Below are positions 19,290 to 28,595 of a stretch of DNA of 64,000 nucleotides, piece by piece (the stretch's first letter is position 1; each line of letters starts with the position of its first letter). The DNA comes from an uncultured cyanobacterium (GTDB taxonomy: Bacteria; Cyanobacteriota; Cyanobacteriia; Cyanobacteriales; Cyanobacteriaceae). The position numbers and the translations under genes are program-made. Under the pieces are notes generated by a model. The model was not told where the DNA came from. It ran no database searches and was given only the letters and a program-made list of their open reading frames with translations. The stretch spans positions 512,001 to 576,000 of the forward strand of contig CAVVOP010000021.1 in NCBI GenBank assembly GCA_963749915.1. Reading direction: 5' to 3'.

Positions 19290-20963
19290 TCATTGTTGAT
19301 TGTTGATTGCTTTCCACCAGTTTTCTCCTTTAACTAAAGTGTGGGTTTTCCAGTTATCATCATCGGTGTCGGGATAGTCGAGACGATAATGGCCTCCCCT
19401 GCTTTCTGTGCGATAGGCGGCACTTGTGAGAATTAAATAACCCACATCCACCAAATTAAGGGTTTCGGCGGCCAGTTTTAATTGTTGTTGCGCTACAGAT
19501 AAAGTTAATTGATAGGGTTGAGATGGTGCAAGATGGATGATTAATTGGCAAATAGATAGTTTTTCCAGTTGGTTACGCCAATGTTTGACTTGTTGTATCG
19601 TCTGTTGTAGTCCTGCTTGATTACGACAAATTCCTGCCCCTTCCCACACCGCTACAGGTAAACAGGCCCGAATGTTAGCAATTAAATCCATTTCTTCCCC
19701 CCAATCACCGTTGATCCGTTGATAATTTGCCACCGTTGGTACCAATTCACGGGAAGAATCTAAGGATAAATGACGAAAACTTTCCGCAAATACCACGCAT
19801 TCTAATAGAGAGTTACTGGCTAAACGATTCGCACCATGAACCCCTGTACTAGCTGTTTCGCCAATGGCATATAAACCTTTGATAGAAGTTTGATTATCAA
19901 GATTAACCGCTATACCTCCCATCCAATAATGTGCCGCAGGAGACACAGGAATCGGTTGGGAAAATAAATCTATCCCCCATTGTTGACATTTATTGATGAT
20001 ATTCGGGAAACGATATTCAATGCGAGAATGAGGAATTGGGCGTAAATCAAGATAAACCTTACCATGAGCCGGATCTTGACTGATTTTATGCAAATGACTG
20101 TAAATAGCTCTGCTAACCACATCTCTGGGGGCTAATTCTCCTTTCGGGTGATAGTCAAAAGTAAAACGTTTCCCTTCGTCGTCAATTAAATGGGCACCTT
20201 CTCCCCTCACCGCTTCACTAATCAAAAAATGAGGTGCATTAGCTACATTTAAAGCCGTTGGGTGAAATTGGACAAACTCTAAGTCCCTTAAAATAGCACC
20301 ACAACGCCAAGCTAAGGCTACCCCGTCCCCCGTACTAACTTGAGGATTAGTGGTTTGAGCAAAAACTTGTCCTCCTCCTCCAGTGCCTAAAATAACCGCT
20401 TTTGCTGATAGCCAATGAATTTTATTTTCGTGAAGTAAACTCACCCCTTGACACTGATTTTTGCTTTCATCTAACCATAAACTGAGGGCATAAGCCTGTT
20501 CATAGACTTGAATATGGTCACTTTCTAGCACTTTCTGCCTTAAAATAGAAACGATCGCCCTACCAGTGGTGTCGGCGGCATGGAGAACCCTGGGGAAAGA
20601 ATGGGCTGCTTCTAAAGTCATAGCTAATTGATCATTGTGGCGATCGAAATCCACCCCCATTTGTAATAATGACTTGATAGAAGTAGCGGCATTTTCTACC
20701 AAAAACTTAACCGCTTCAGTATCACATAAACCCGCACCAGCTTTAAGGGTATCTTCAAAATGGAGTTGAGGAGAATCACCAGGATTAATGGCGGCGGCAA
20801 TGCCTCCCTGTGCCCAATCACTAGCGCCTTTTTTTAATTTGTCCTTCGTAATGACAGCAATACGGAAATGATTTGGCAGACATAAAGCGGTATATAAACC
20901 AGCCGCACCAGAACCAACAATTATGACATCAAAGTTAGAGGGAAAAGAGGGTTTTTCGTTCAA
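19290..20963 (-). CDS. nadB: L-aspartate oxidase
   Basis: GSGAAGL, WAQGGIAAA, LEAAHS, QFHPT, GVHGANRLASNSLLE, ESRGGH. Confidence 0.95.
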   Translation of the reverse strand: MNEKPSFPSNFDVIIVGSGAAGLYTALCLPNHFRIAVITKDKLKKGASDWAQGGIAAAINPGDSPQLHFEDTLKAGAGLCDTEAVKFLVENAATSIKSLLQMGVDFDRHNDQLAMTLEAAHSFPRVLHAADTTGRAIVSILRQKVLESDHIQVYEQAYALSLWLDESKNQCQGVSLLHENKIHWLSAKAVILGTGGGGQVFAQTTNPQVSTGDGVALAWRCGAILRDLEFVQFHPTALNVANAPHFLISEAVRGEGAHLIDDEGKRFTFDYHPKGELAPRDVVSRAIYSHLHKISQDPAHGKVYLDLRPIPHSRIEYRFPNIINKCQQWGIDLFSQPIPVSPAAHYWMGGIAVNLDNQTSIKGLYAIGETASTGVHGANRLASNSLLECVVFAESFRHLSLDSSRELVPTVANYQRINGDWGEEMDLIANIRACLPVAVWEGAGICRNQAGLQQTIQQVKHWRNQLEKLSICQLIIHLAPSQPYQLTLSVAQQQLKLAAETLNLVDVGYLILTSAAYRTESRGGHYRLDYPDTDDDNWKTHTLVKGENWWKAINNQQ

Positions 20964-21237
20964 GATTTTGAATTTTTGGCACGAAGTGTATTTCTGCTAA
21001 TTCTAGCCAATGATTTATCAGACCGCCACAAATAAAAATCTGAGTTCGGGGTGATGTTCAAAAATACAGATTAACCTTTTATCGTAATATTGTTTAGTTT
21101 TACTTCTATTTGAATTGATTAGAACTATCTTTATTCTTTTTCAAAATGAGAACCGCTGGAACTCCACTTAAGCATTATGGAACGAATCCAAAGTAAGATA
21201 TAATAATCAATCACGTTTTATCAGTAATAAATTGGTG

Positions 21238-23019
21238 ATGTCTGACAAATTTTCCCACCGGACTAAAATTGTAGCCACTGTTGGCCCTGGTTGTGCAAAC
21301 CCCGAAACTTTACGTCAAATGATTCTCGCAGGTGCTAATACTTTTCGTCTCAACTTTTCTCATAATACTCATGAAGACCACCAACGCAGTATTCGTCTTA
21401 TTCGTCAGGCAGAAAACGAGTTAAATAAACCCATTGGTATTTTACAGGATTTACAGGGACCTAAAATTCGTTTAGGGAAATTTAAATGTGATTCTATTGA
21501 AGTTAAGGAGGGCGATCGCTATATTTTAACCAGTCGGGAGGTAGAGTGTAATCAAGAAATTGCCTATATTAGCTATGAAAATTTAGCCCAGGAAGTTTCC
21601 GTTAACGCCAGAATTTTAATCGATGACGGTAGAGTGGAAATGATAGTAAAAGAGATTGATTTGGAAAATAGGGATTTACATTGTCAAGTGGTGATAGGGG
21701 GCGTACTTTCTAGTAATAAAGGGGTAAATTTTCCCAATGTCTGTTTATCGATAAAAGCCTTAACCGATAAGGATAAAAAAGATTTGATGTTCGGCTTAGA
21801 TCAACGGGTGGATTGGGTGGCCTTAAGTTTCGTGCGGAACCCTCAAGATGTGTTAGAGATCAAAGACTTAATTAGTAGTGCCGGAAAATCTACTCCGGTA
21901 ATTGCCAAAATCGAGAAACACGAAGCCATCGAACAAATGGAAGAAATCCTATCTTTATGTGATGGGGTGATGGTAGCAAGAGGAGATTTAGGGGTAGAAT
22001 TACCTCCCGAAGATGTGCCAATTTTACAAAAACGTTTAATTCGTACTGCTAACCGTCTTGGTATCCCCATCATTACCGCCACCCAAATGTTAGATAGCAT
22101 GGCAAATAGTCCTAGTCCAACTCGTGCCGAGGTTTCCGACGTTGCCAACGCCATTCTTGACGGTACTGATGCGGTAATGCTTTCCAATGAAACCGCCGTT
22201 GGTAAATACCCGGTTCAAGCAGTGGCTACTATGGCTAGAATTGCCGCTAGAATTGAACGAGAAAGGGAGAAAATTATTGTTCCCTATAGCTACGATTTTG
22301 ATAATGAAAATATTCCGACAGCCATCGCAGGGGCAGTCAGTCAAATAGCTAAAAAACTCAATGCTTCAGCCATCATGACATTAACCAAAACTGGTGCAAC
22401 GGCACGTAACGTCTCCAAATTCCGTCCCCAAACCCCTATTTTTGCTATTACCCCTCATGTGAGTGTATCTCGTCAATTACAGTTAGTTTGGGGAGTTAAA
22501 CCTTTATTATTATTAGATTTACCCGGATTACGTCAAGTATTTCAAGCGGCTATTAATGTGGCCAGAGAAAAAGGGTTACTTCATGATGGCAACTTAGTCG
22601 TTATGACCGCAGGAACATTACAAGGAGTTGCAGGTTCAACGGATTTAATCAAAGTAGAAATTGTCAAAGGCCTACTTAGCGAAGGGGTTGGTATCGGGCA
22701 AGGAGTGATAACAGGAAGAACAAGAGTAGTTCTAGATCTTAGTCAACTGAGTCACTTTTCTCAAGGGGATATATTAGTAACCAAGGCCACCGACAATCAA
22801 TATGTTGACGCTATGCGTTTAGCCGCTGCCATCGTCACCGAAGAAACAGGGGTCCGATCCCATGCGGCCCAAATAGGGATGCGTCTGGGAATTCCCGTCA
22901 TTGTAGGGGTAAAAGAAGCCACCTGTTTAATTCGAGACGCCAGTTTTGTCACCCTCAAAATCGAGCAAGGTTTAGTGTATCTAGGTACAGATGGCACTCA
23001 GGGGGACATTGACAGTTAG
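21238..23019 (+). CDS. pyk: Pyruvate kinase with C-terminal PEP-utiliser domain
   Basis: RTKIVATVGP, RLNFSH, VARGDLGVE, ATQMLDSM, MLSNETA; C-terminal SHAAQIG. Confidence 0.96.
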   Translation: MSDKFSHRTKIVATVGPGCANPETLRQMILAGANTFRLNFSHNTHEDHQRSIRLIRQAENELNKPIGILQDLQGPKIRLGKFKCDSIEVKEGDRYILTSREVECNQEIAYISYENLAQEVSVNARILIDDGRVEMIVKEIDLENRDLHCQVVIGGVLSSNKGVNFPNVCLSIKALTDKDKKDLMFGLDQRVDWVALSFVRNPQDVLEIKDLISSAGKSTPVIAKIEKHEAIEQMEEILSLCDGVMVARGDLGVELPPEDVPILQKRLIRTANRLGIPIITATQMLDSMANSPSPTRAEVSDVANAILDGTDAVMLSNETAVGKYPVQAVATMARIAARIEREREKIIVPYSYDFDNENIPTAIAGAVSQIAKKLNASAIMTLTKTGATARNVSKFRPQTPIFAITPHVSVSRQLQLVWGVKPLLLLDLPGLRQVFQAAINVAREKGLLHDGNLVVMTAGTLQGVAGSTDLIKVEIVKGLLSEGVGIGQGVITGRTRVVLDLSQLSHFSQGDILVTKATDNQYVDAMRLAAAIVTEETGVRSHAAQIGMRLGIPVIVGVKEATCLIRDASFVTLKIEQGLVYLGTDGTQGDIDS

Positions 23020-23100
23020 TGATTGAACCTTAGACAAAACTGCTACTTTTGTCCAAATCCTAGATTTATAATAGACATCTCCAACATTTGAGGTATGAGT

Positions 23101-23880
23101 TTAATTTTCAGGAAATTTACGAAATTTAACGTCTTCAGAAAAATGCGTGACAGAATCGAGAATGATTTGTCGTAAATTGGCGTAAGGTTTCGCAAAAGGT
23201 GGTAGTTTTTCTGACAATCCCAATAAATCTGCCGTCACTAAAACTTGTCCATCACAATGATTTCCTGCACCAATACCAATGGTGGGAATCGAGAGGGTTT
23301 TGGTGATGCGAGTGGCTAAATCTTCTGTCATATGTTCTAAAACAATCGCAAATGCTCCTGCTTTTTCTAAGGCGATGGCTTGACTGAAGATTTTTTCTTG
23401 ATCTTCAATGGTTTTACCCTGTTGTTTATAGCCCAAAATTTTCACGGATTGAGGCGTTAAACCCACATGGGCCATTACAGGTATGCCAATTTCCGTTAAA
23501 CGGCTTACGGTGTCAATCATTGCGGGATAACCCCCTTCCAATTTTACGGCTCCTGCGTTGGTTTCTTTGATGATTTTCCCCGCGGATTTGATGGCTCGAC
23601 GAATATTGGTTTGATAAGTCAAAAACGGTAAATCAACCACCACTAAGGCTCGATTAACCCCTCTACACACCGCTTTTGTATGGTGGATCATCTCTTTTAG
23701 GGTCACAGGTAAGGTGCTAGAATGCCCTAATGCTACCATTCCTAAGGAATCTCCGACCAAAATTAAGTCTATTTCTGCTTTGTCTAATAATTGTGCGATC
23801 GCATAATCCCAGGCGGTTAAACTAACAATGGGACGTTTTTCTTGTTTCCACTGTTGTAATTTTTGGATAGTAACTTTCAT
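23101..23880 (-). CDS. panB: 3-methyl-2-oxobutanoate hydroxymethyltransferase
   Basis: [39 protein letters not shown]. Confidence 0.96.
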   Translation of the reverse strand: MKVTIQKLQQWKQEKRPIVSLTAWDYAIAQLLDKAEIDLILVGDSLGMVALGHSSTLPVTLKEMIHHTKAVCRGVNRALVVVDLPFLTYQTNIRRAIKSAGKIIKETNAGAVKLEGGYPAMIDTVSRLTEIGIPVMAHVGLTPQSVKILGYKQQGKTIEDQEKIFSQAIALEKAGAFAIVLEHMTEDLATRITKTLSIPTIGIGAGNHCDGQVLVTADLLGLSEKLPPFAKPYANLRQIILDSVTHFSEDVKFRKFPEN

Positions 23881-24053
23881 GGGATAATTACGGCAATAAA
23901 GGGGTAAAGTAGATTATTATGCCACATGAGACGATGTCGTGAATCATTGATAATTATTTTTTGTCTTTTGCTTTTTGATACAATGGTAAGTTAAATCAAA
24001 AATTTGATCCCAGAAAATTAGTTATTTTTAACGAATCGAAAATCTAAATATCA

Positions 24054-24572
24054 ATGAAGCACACTATTTCTGTATTAGTAGAAGATGAAGCAGGGGTTTT
24101 GACGAGAATTGCCGGATTGTTTGCCCGTAGAGGTTTTAATATTGAAAGTTTAGCCGTAGGGCCTGCAGAACAAGTTAGTTTTTCAAGAATTACAATGGTT
24201 GTACCCGGAGATGAAGATACCATCGAACAGTTAACGAAACAATTGCATAAATTAATTAATGTAATTAAAGTTACTGATATTACAAAAATTCCCTGTGTAG
24301 AAAGGGAATTGATGTTAGTAAAGGTCAGTGCTAATACTAATACCAGAGGAGAAGTTTTACAAATTGCCCAAATTTTCCGGGCTAGGGCGGTCGATATGTC
24401 TGATGACAGTTTAACTTTGGAAGTAGTGGGAGACCCGGGTAAAATGGTAGCAATTATTTCCATGTTAAATAAATTTGGCATTAAAGAAATTGCACGTACA
24501 GGAAAAATAGCTTTAGTGCGAGAGTCTGGAGTTAATACCGAATATTTAAAGTCTTTGGAAGCAAAAGTATAA
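24054..24572 (+). CDS. ilvN: Acetolactate synthase small subunit
   Basis: [42 protein letters not shown]. Confidence 0.96.
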   Translation: MKHTISVLVEDEAGVLTRIAGLFARRGFNIESLAVGPAEQVSFSRITMVVPGDEDTIEQLTKQLHKLINVIKVTDITKIPCVERELMLVKVSANTNTRGEVLQIAQIFRARAVDMSDDSLTLEVVGDPGKMVAIISMLNKFGIKEIARTGKIALVRESGVNTEYLKSLEAKV

Positions 24573-24697
24573 TGAACAATGAACAATTAATTTTCTTCTA
24601 GTCATCTTTTTCAAAGTGTCTTCTACCTGCCTGTCCACCTGTCAGTCTTTGTTCCTATCCTCCCCGTGTTTTGCTACCCTCGAACTCCAAACTTATT

Positions 24698-25747
24698 ATG
24701 TTAACTCTTTTTTCAATGGTTGTTATAGTTTTATGTGGTTCGGCTTTTTGTTCTTTCACAGAAACAGTTTTACTCTCAATTTCGGAAATTAAGGTTAAAC
24801 AATGGGCACAATCGAAAAAAATGACGGCTTTAGCCTTACTAAAAATAAAGAAAAAAATGACTCGCCCCATCGCCACTATCGTTATTTTAAATAATATTTT
24901 TAATATTGTCGGTAGCATTATGATTGGTAGTTTAGCCACAGAGATTTTAGGGGATACCTGGTTAGGAGTTTTTTCTGGTTTATTAACATTTTTAATTATC
25001 ATTTTTGCCGAAATATTGCCAAAAACTATTGGTCAAAAATATGCGGAGAATTTTGCTTTATTTTTGGCTTTACCAGTACAATTTTTAACTTTGATATTAA
25101 CTCCTTTAGTATGGTTAATGGAAAAAATAACTGAACCTTTAACCCAGGGAAAAGTTTTACCAACGACCAATGAAATGGAGATTATATTATTAACAAGTAT
25201 TGGTAGCAATGAGGGGGTAATTGAGGCAGATGAAGCAGAGATGATTAACCGTGTTTTTCATCTTAATGATCTTTCGGCGGCAGATTTAATGACTCCCCGA
25301 ATTATTATTACTTATCTTAAAGGAGATTCAATTTTAAAAGAATGTCAAGATTTTATTATTAAGTCTGAACATAGTCGTATTTTAATTGTTCAAGATTCCA
25401 TTGATGATGTCATTGGTATTGGTTTTAAAAATGAGTTATTAACAGCAATTATTCAAGGAAGACAGGAGGAAAAAGTAGCTAATTTAGTTCGTGGTGCTAA
25501 TTTTGTCCCCGAGACTATTAGGGCGGATCATTTATTAAAACATTTCCAAGAAATTCATCAACACCTAATGGTGGTAATTGATGAATATGGTGGAGTTTCC
25601 GGTGTTGTGACTTTAGAAGATGTCTTAGAAGTTTTAACTGGAGATATTGTGGATGAAACCGATAAGATTATTAGTTTACGAGAAATTGCCAAGAAAAAAA
25701 GAGAGCGACTTTTAGTGTCTAAAGGCATAGAAGAAATTGATAACTAG
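24698..25747 (+). CDS. CNNM/DUF21-CBS membrane protein (CorB/TlyC-like)
   Basis: SAFCSFTETVLLS, ILNNIFNI, FAEILPK, MTPR, VIDEYGGVSGVVTLEDVLE. Confidence 0.9.
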   Translation: MLTLFSMVVIVLCGSAFCSFTETVLLSISEIKVKQWAQSKKMTALALLKIKKKMTRPIATIVILNNIFNIVGSIMIGSLATEILGDTWLGVFSGLLTFLIIIFAEILPKTIGQKYAENFALFLALPVQFLTLILTPLVWLMEKITEPLTQGKVLPTTNEMEIILLTSIGSNEGVIEADEAEMINRVFHLNDLSAADLMTPRIIITYLKGDSILKECQDFIIKSEHSRILIVQDSIDDVIGIGFKNELLTAIIQGRQEEKVANLVRGANFVPETIRADHLLKHFQEIHQHLMVVIDEYGGVSGVVTLEDVLEVLTGDIVDETDKIISLREIAKKKRERLLVSKGIEEIDN

Positions 25748-25957
25748 GATCTGCCGAATAAAGCTACAATCTAGATGGAGGGACTTGGGTGCAAATTTTA
25801 GCCATGCAGCTTCACCACTGGTCTTTGATTATTCCCCAAGAGGTGATAAAATTAGCCTCAGCAAAATCGAATCAAGATGTTTCTTAACTGGCTACCGGCC
25901 AAAAAAAATCATTGAGATAAGATTGTCTTCCTGTTACTTATTTTTTTTTAATAACCA

Positions 25958-26266
25958 ATGCCTGAAGCAGTAGGAGTAATTCAAACTTTAGGGTTTCCCG
26001 CTATTCTCGCCGCCGCCGATACTATGGTAAAAGCCGCCCGTGTGACTCTAGTTTATTTTGATAAAGCGGAAAAAGGTGATTTTGTCATCGCCATTCGAGG
26101 GCCTGTTTCTGAGGTTAAAAGGGCTATGACAGAAGGTATTAGAGAGGCTGGTAATGTTTTTGGCGGTGTCGTTCAAACTCATTATATTGTCCCTAATCCA
26201 CCCCCCAATGTGGTAGATATTCTACCCATTGAATATACAGAGACCTCTCTACCATATCGCTCATAA
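25958..26266 (+). CDS. ccmK3: Carboxysome shell protein CcmK3
   Basis: BMC domain MPEAVGVIQTLGFPAILAAADTMVKAARV; paired with ccmK4. Confidence 0.9.
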   Translation: MPEAVGVIQTLGFPAILAAADTMVKAARVTLVYFDKAEKGDFVIAIRGPVSEVKRAMTEGIREAGNVFGGVVQTHYIVPNPPPNVVDILPIEYTETSLPYRS

Positions 26267-26367
26267 CTTTATTTCTTAATTGTTAATAATTCTGTAAGAA
26301 AAAGAACAATTGTCGATCATAATTTCACGAATAAGTTTATTTAATCATCATTAAAGGAGAATTTTTT

Positions 26368-26691
26368 ATGCCTTCCCAAGCCGCAGTAGGATCTTTAGAA
26401 ACAAAAGGGTTTCCCGGTATTTTAGCCGCCGCCGATGCCATGGTTAAAGCTGGTAGAGTCACCCTCGTGGGTTATATTCGTGTAGGAAGTGCCCGTTTTA
26501 ACGTTAATATTCGGGGAGATGTTTCTGAGGTTAAAACTGCTATGGCAGCAGGAATTGATGCAGTAGGGAAGGTTGAAGGTGCTACCCTTGAATCATGGGT
26601 TATTATCCCTCGTCCCCATGAAAATATCTGTGCTGTACTCCCTATTGATTACAGCGAAGCTGTTGAACCTTATCGCCAGGCAGTAGAGTGA
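26368..26691 (+). CDS. ccmK4: Carboxysome shell protein CcmK4
   Basis: AVGSLETKGFPGILAAADAMVKAG, GSARF, RGDVSEVK, IIPRPHEN. Confidence 0.92.
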   Translation: MPSQAAVGSLETKGFPGILAAADAMVKAGRVTLVGYIRVGSARFNVNIRGDVSEVKTAMAAGIDAVGKVEGATLESWVIIPRPHENICAVLPIDYSEAVEPYRQAVE

Positions 26692-27030
26692 GAAAGAATT
26701 AACAATTAACAATTTAATTTAACGAAGCTAAATATGCTCTAATTCCCCAGGTAAAATTTTAATATTATTGATACTTTTTTTGATAGGTAATAATTGCCCA
26801 TAAAGGAGTATCAAAATCTAATTTATTTATTTATTTAGACGTGCAAGGGTATAGACTTTGAGGAATGGGAAGCGGAAATAGATGATATATAGTCACCCAA
26901 TGATAGTATGGGTAACTGATAACTATACTTTAGACCAAATAAAGACTCCTTCTTGAAACTCGGTAACCATGGACAACTCGGCGAGAAAATGGGATACAAT
27001 GCTATAAAATATTTTTGTAACTACTTTACT

Positions 27031-28593
27031 ATGTTTAAGTTCACCCTTTATGAAACCCTATTAGTTTTTCTTTTTATTAGTTTTTCTCCCACTGCATTCG
27101 CCCAAGAGTCGAGTCAAAGAGTGCCATTAAAACCTTTATCTCCAGCTAATAACGGGACTAATGACCCTATCATCGCACCTAATTGGACCAATTACCCTGT
27201 CGCACCGGAAATTAGTCCCCTTCAAGAATTTCCTTATACCCTTGATGCTGGGGATGTCATCGCCCTTGATATTTTTAATGTGCCCGAATTTAGTAAAGAG
27301 TATCAAGTTTTGGTAGATGGTACCCTTAATTTACCTTTAATTAATCGCATTTCTGTGGCAGGATTAACTTTAGAGGAGATAGAATCATTAATCCGTGACG
27401 AGTATGTTAATCAAGGATTATTAAGAGATCCCATTATTAGTGTTAATTTGATCGCACCTCGCCCTGTAATGGTTGCCATTGTTGGAGAAATAAGAAATCC
27501 CGGCTCTTATTCTGTGCCTTTTGAAGGTGGTAATAATGATCGGGGGAGAAAATTTCCTAATCTCATTACTGCCTTAAAATTAGCTAATGGTATCAACGGT
27601 TCAGCAGATACTCGTCAAGTGAAAGTCATCCGTAACTATAAGGGTCAAGAATACGCTATTCCCGTTAATTTTTGGAATTTTCTTCAGCAAGGTGATTTGA
27701 CACAAAATATTATTCTACGGGATGGCGATCGCATTATTATTCCCAGTTCGGAAAAAGTAGATCCTGTGGAAGTATTAAGGACTGCTACAGCCAATTTTTC
27801 TGCTAATTTAAGTATTCCCATTACCGTTAGTGTCGTTGGGGAAGTGAATCGTCCTGGTCCTTATACCTTAACAGGAGATGACGTGAGGGCAAATAATTTG
27901 GATGATACGTTAAACTTTCAAAATAGGAATATTCTTGGAGATCAACAGAGTTTGGCCGGGATTCCCACCGCTACAAGGGCAATCAAAACCGCCGGCGGAT
28001 TAACGGCAAAAGCCGACATTCGCAACATTGAAGTTCGACGTACTTTACTGTCAGGACAAGAACAAATTTTAAAAGTAAACCTCTGGGAATTTTTACAAAC
28101 GGGAAGATTTAGAGACGATGCTTTACTGCAAAATGGCGATCGCATTTTTATTCCCGCCGCCGAGGCCATACAAGATGATGAAGTGCGTCAGGTAGCCATA
28201 GCTAGTTTTTCCCCGAACCGCATCAATGTAAGTGTCGTGGGAGAAATTAAAAATCCGGGATTAAAAGAACTACCGCCCAATATGAGCTTACAACAGGCCT
28301 TATTACAAGCAGGGGGATTTGATTATCGTCGAGCGACAGAATACGTGGCGAAACTGGTCCGCCTCAATCCCAATGGTACAGTTACAGAGAGACGTATCCC
28401 GGTAGATTTTTCTGCCCCTTTAGATGAAGAAAAAAATCCAGCCTTATTGAATAATGATATTGTGTTTGTTGAACGTTCAGCCTTAGCAGTGGCTTCAGAT
28501 ACGGTGTTCTCATCCGTCAATCCCCTTAACCAAATTCTGGATACACTTAACCTCTTTAAACGAACCTATGACTTATTTGACGATGACAACTGA
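27031..28593 (+). CDS. wza: Polysaccharide export protein (Wza/KpsD-like, SLBB repeats)
   Basis: YTLDAGDVI...DGTLNLPLI..ISVAGLT (Poly_export) and three VVGE..PG SLBB repeats. Confidence 0.88.
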   Translation: MFKFTLYETLLVFLFISFSPTAFAQESSQRVPLKPLSPANNGTNDPIIAPNWTNYPVAPEISPLQEFPYTLDAGDVIALDIFNVPEFSKEYQVLVDGTLNLPLINRISVAGLTLEEIESLIRDEYVNQGLLRDPIISVNLIAPRPVMVAIVGEIRNPGSYSVPFEGGNNDRGRKFPNLITALKLANGINGSADTRQVKVIRNYKGQEYAIPVNFWNFLQQGDLTQNIILRDGDRIIIPSSEKVDPVEVLRTATANFSANLSIPITVSVVGEVNRPGPYTLTGDDVRANNLDDTLNFQNRNILGDQQSLAGIPTATRAIKTAGGLTAKADIRNIEVRRTLLSGQEQILKVNLWEFLQTGRFRDDALLQNGDRIFIPAAEAIQDDEVRQVAIASFSPNRINVSVVGEIKNPGLKELPPNMSLQQALLQAGGFDYRRATEYVAKLVRLNPNGTVTERRIPVDFSAPLDEEKNPALLNNDIVFVERSALAVASDTVFSSVNPLNQILDTLNLFKRTYDLFDDDN

Positions 28594-28595
28594 TA

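Noticed and set aside
21843..22997. Short minus-strand ORFs within pyk, and similar nested ORFs in ilvB, gpmI, thrC, wza, wzc, rnj, the ABC permease, GH57, dusB, ctaB, the MscS-like gene and phhB
   Set aside because: All are nested in well-supported genes and have no motifs; they are expected shadow frames.
24044..24586. 180-aa minus-strand ORF
   Set aside because: Antisense shadow of ilvN.
25737..25973. 78-aa ORF between CNNM and ccmK3
   Set aside because: Overlaps both neighbours, has a weak TTG start and spans a degenerate repeat.
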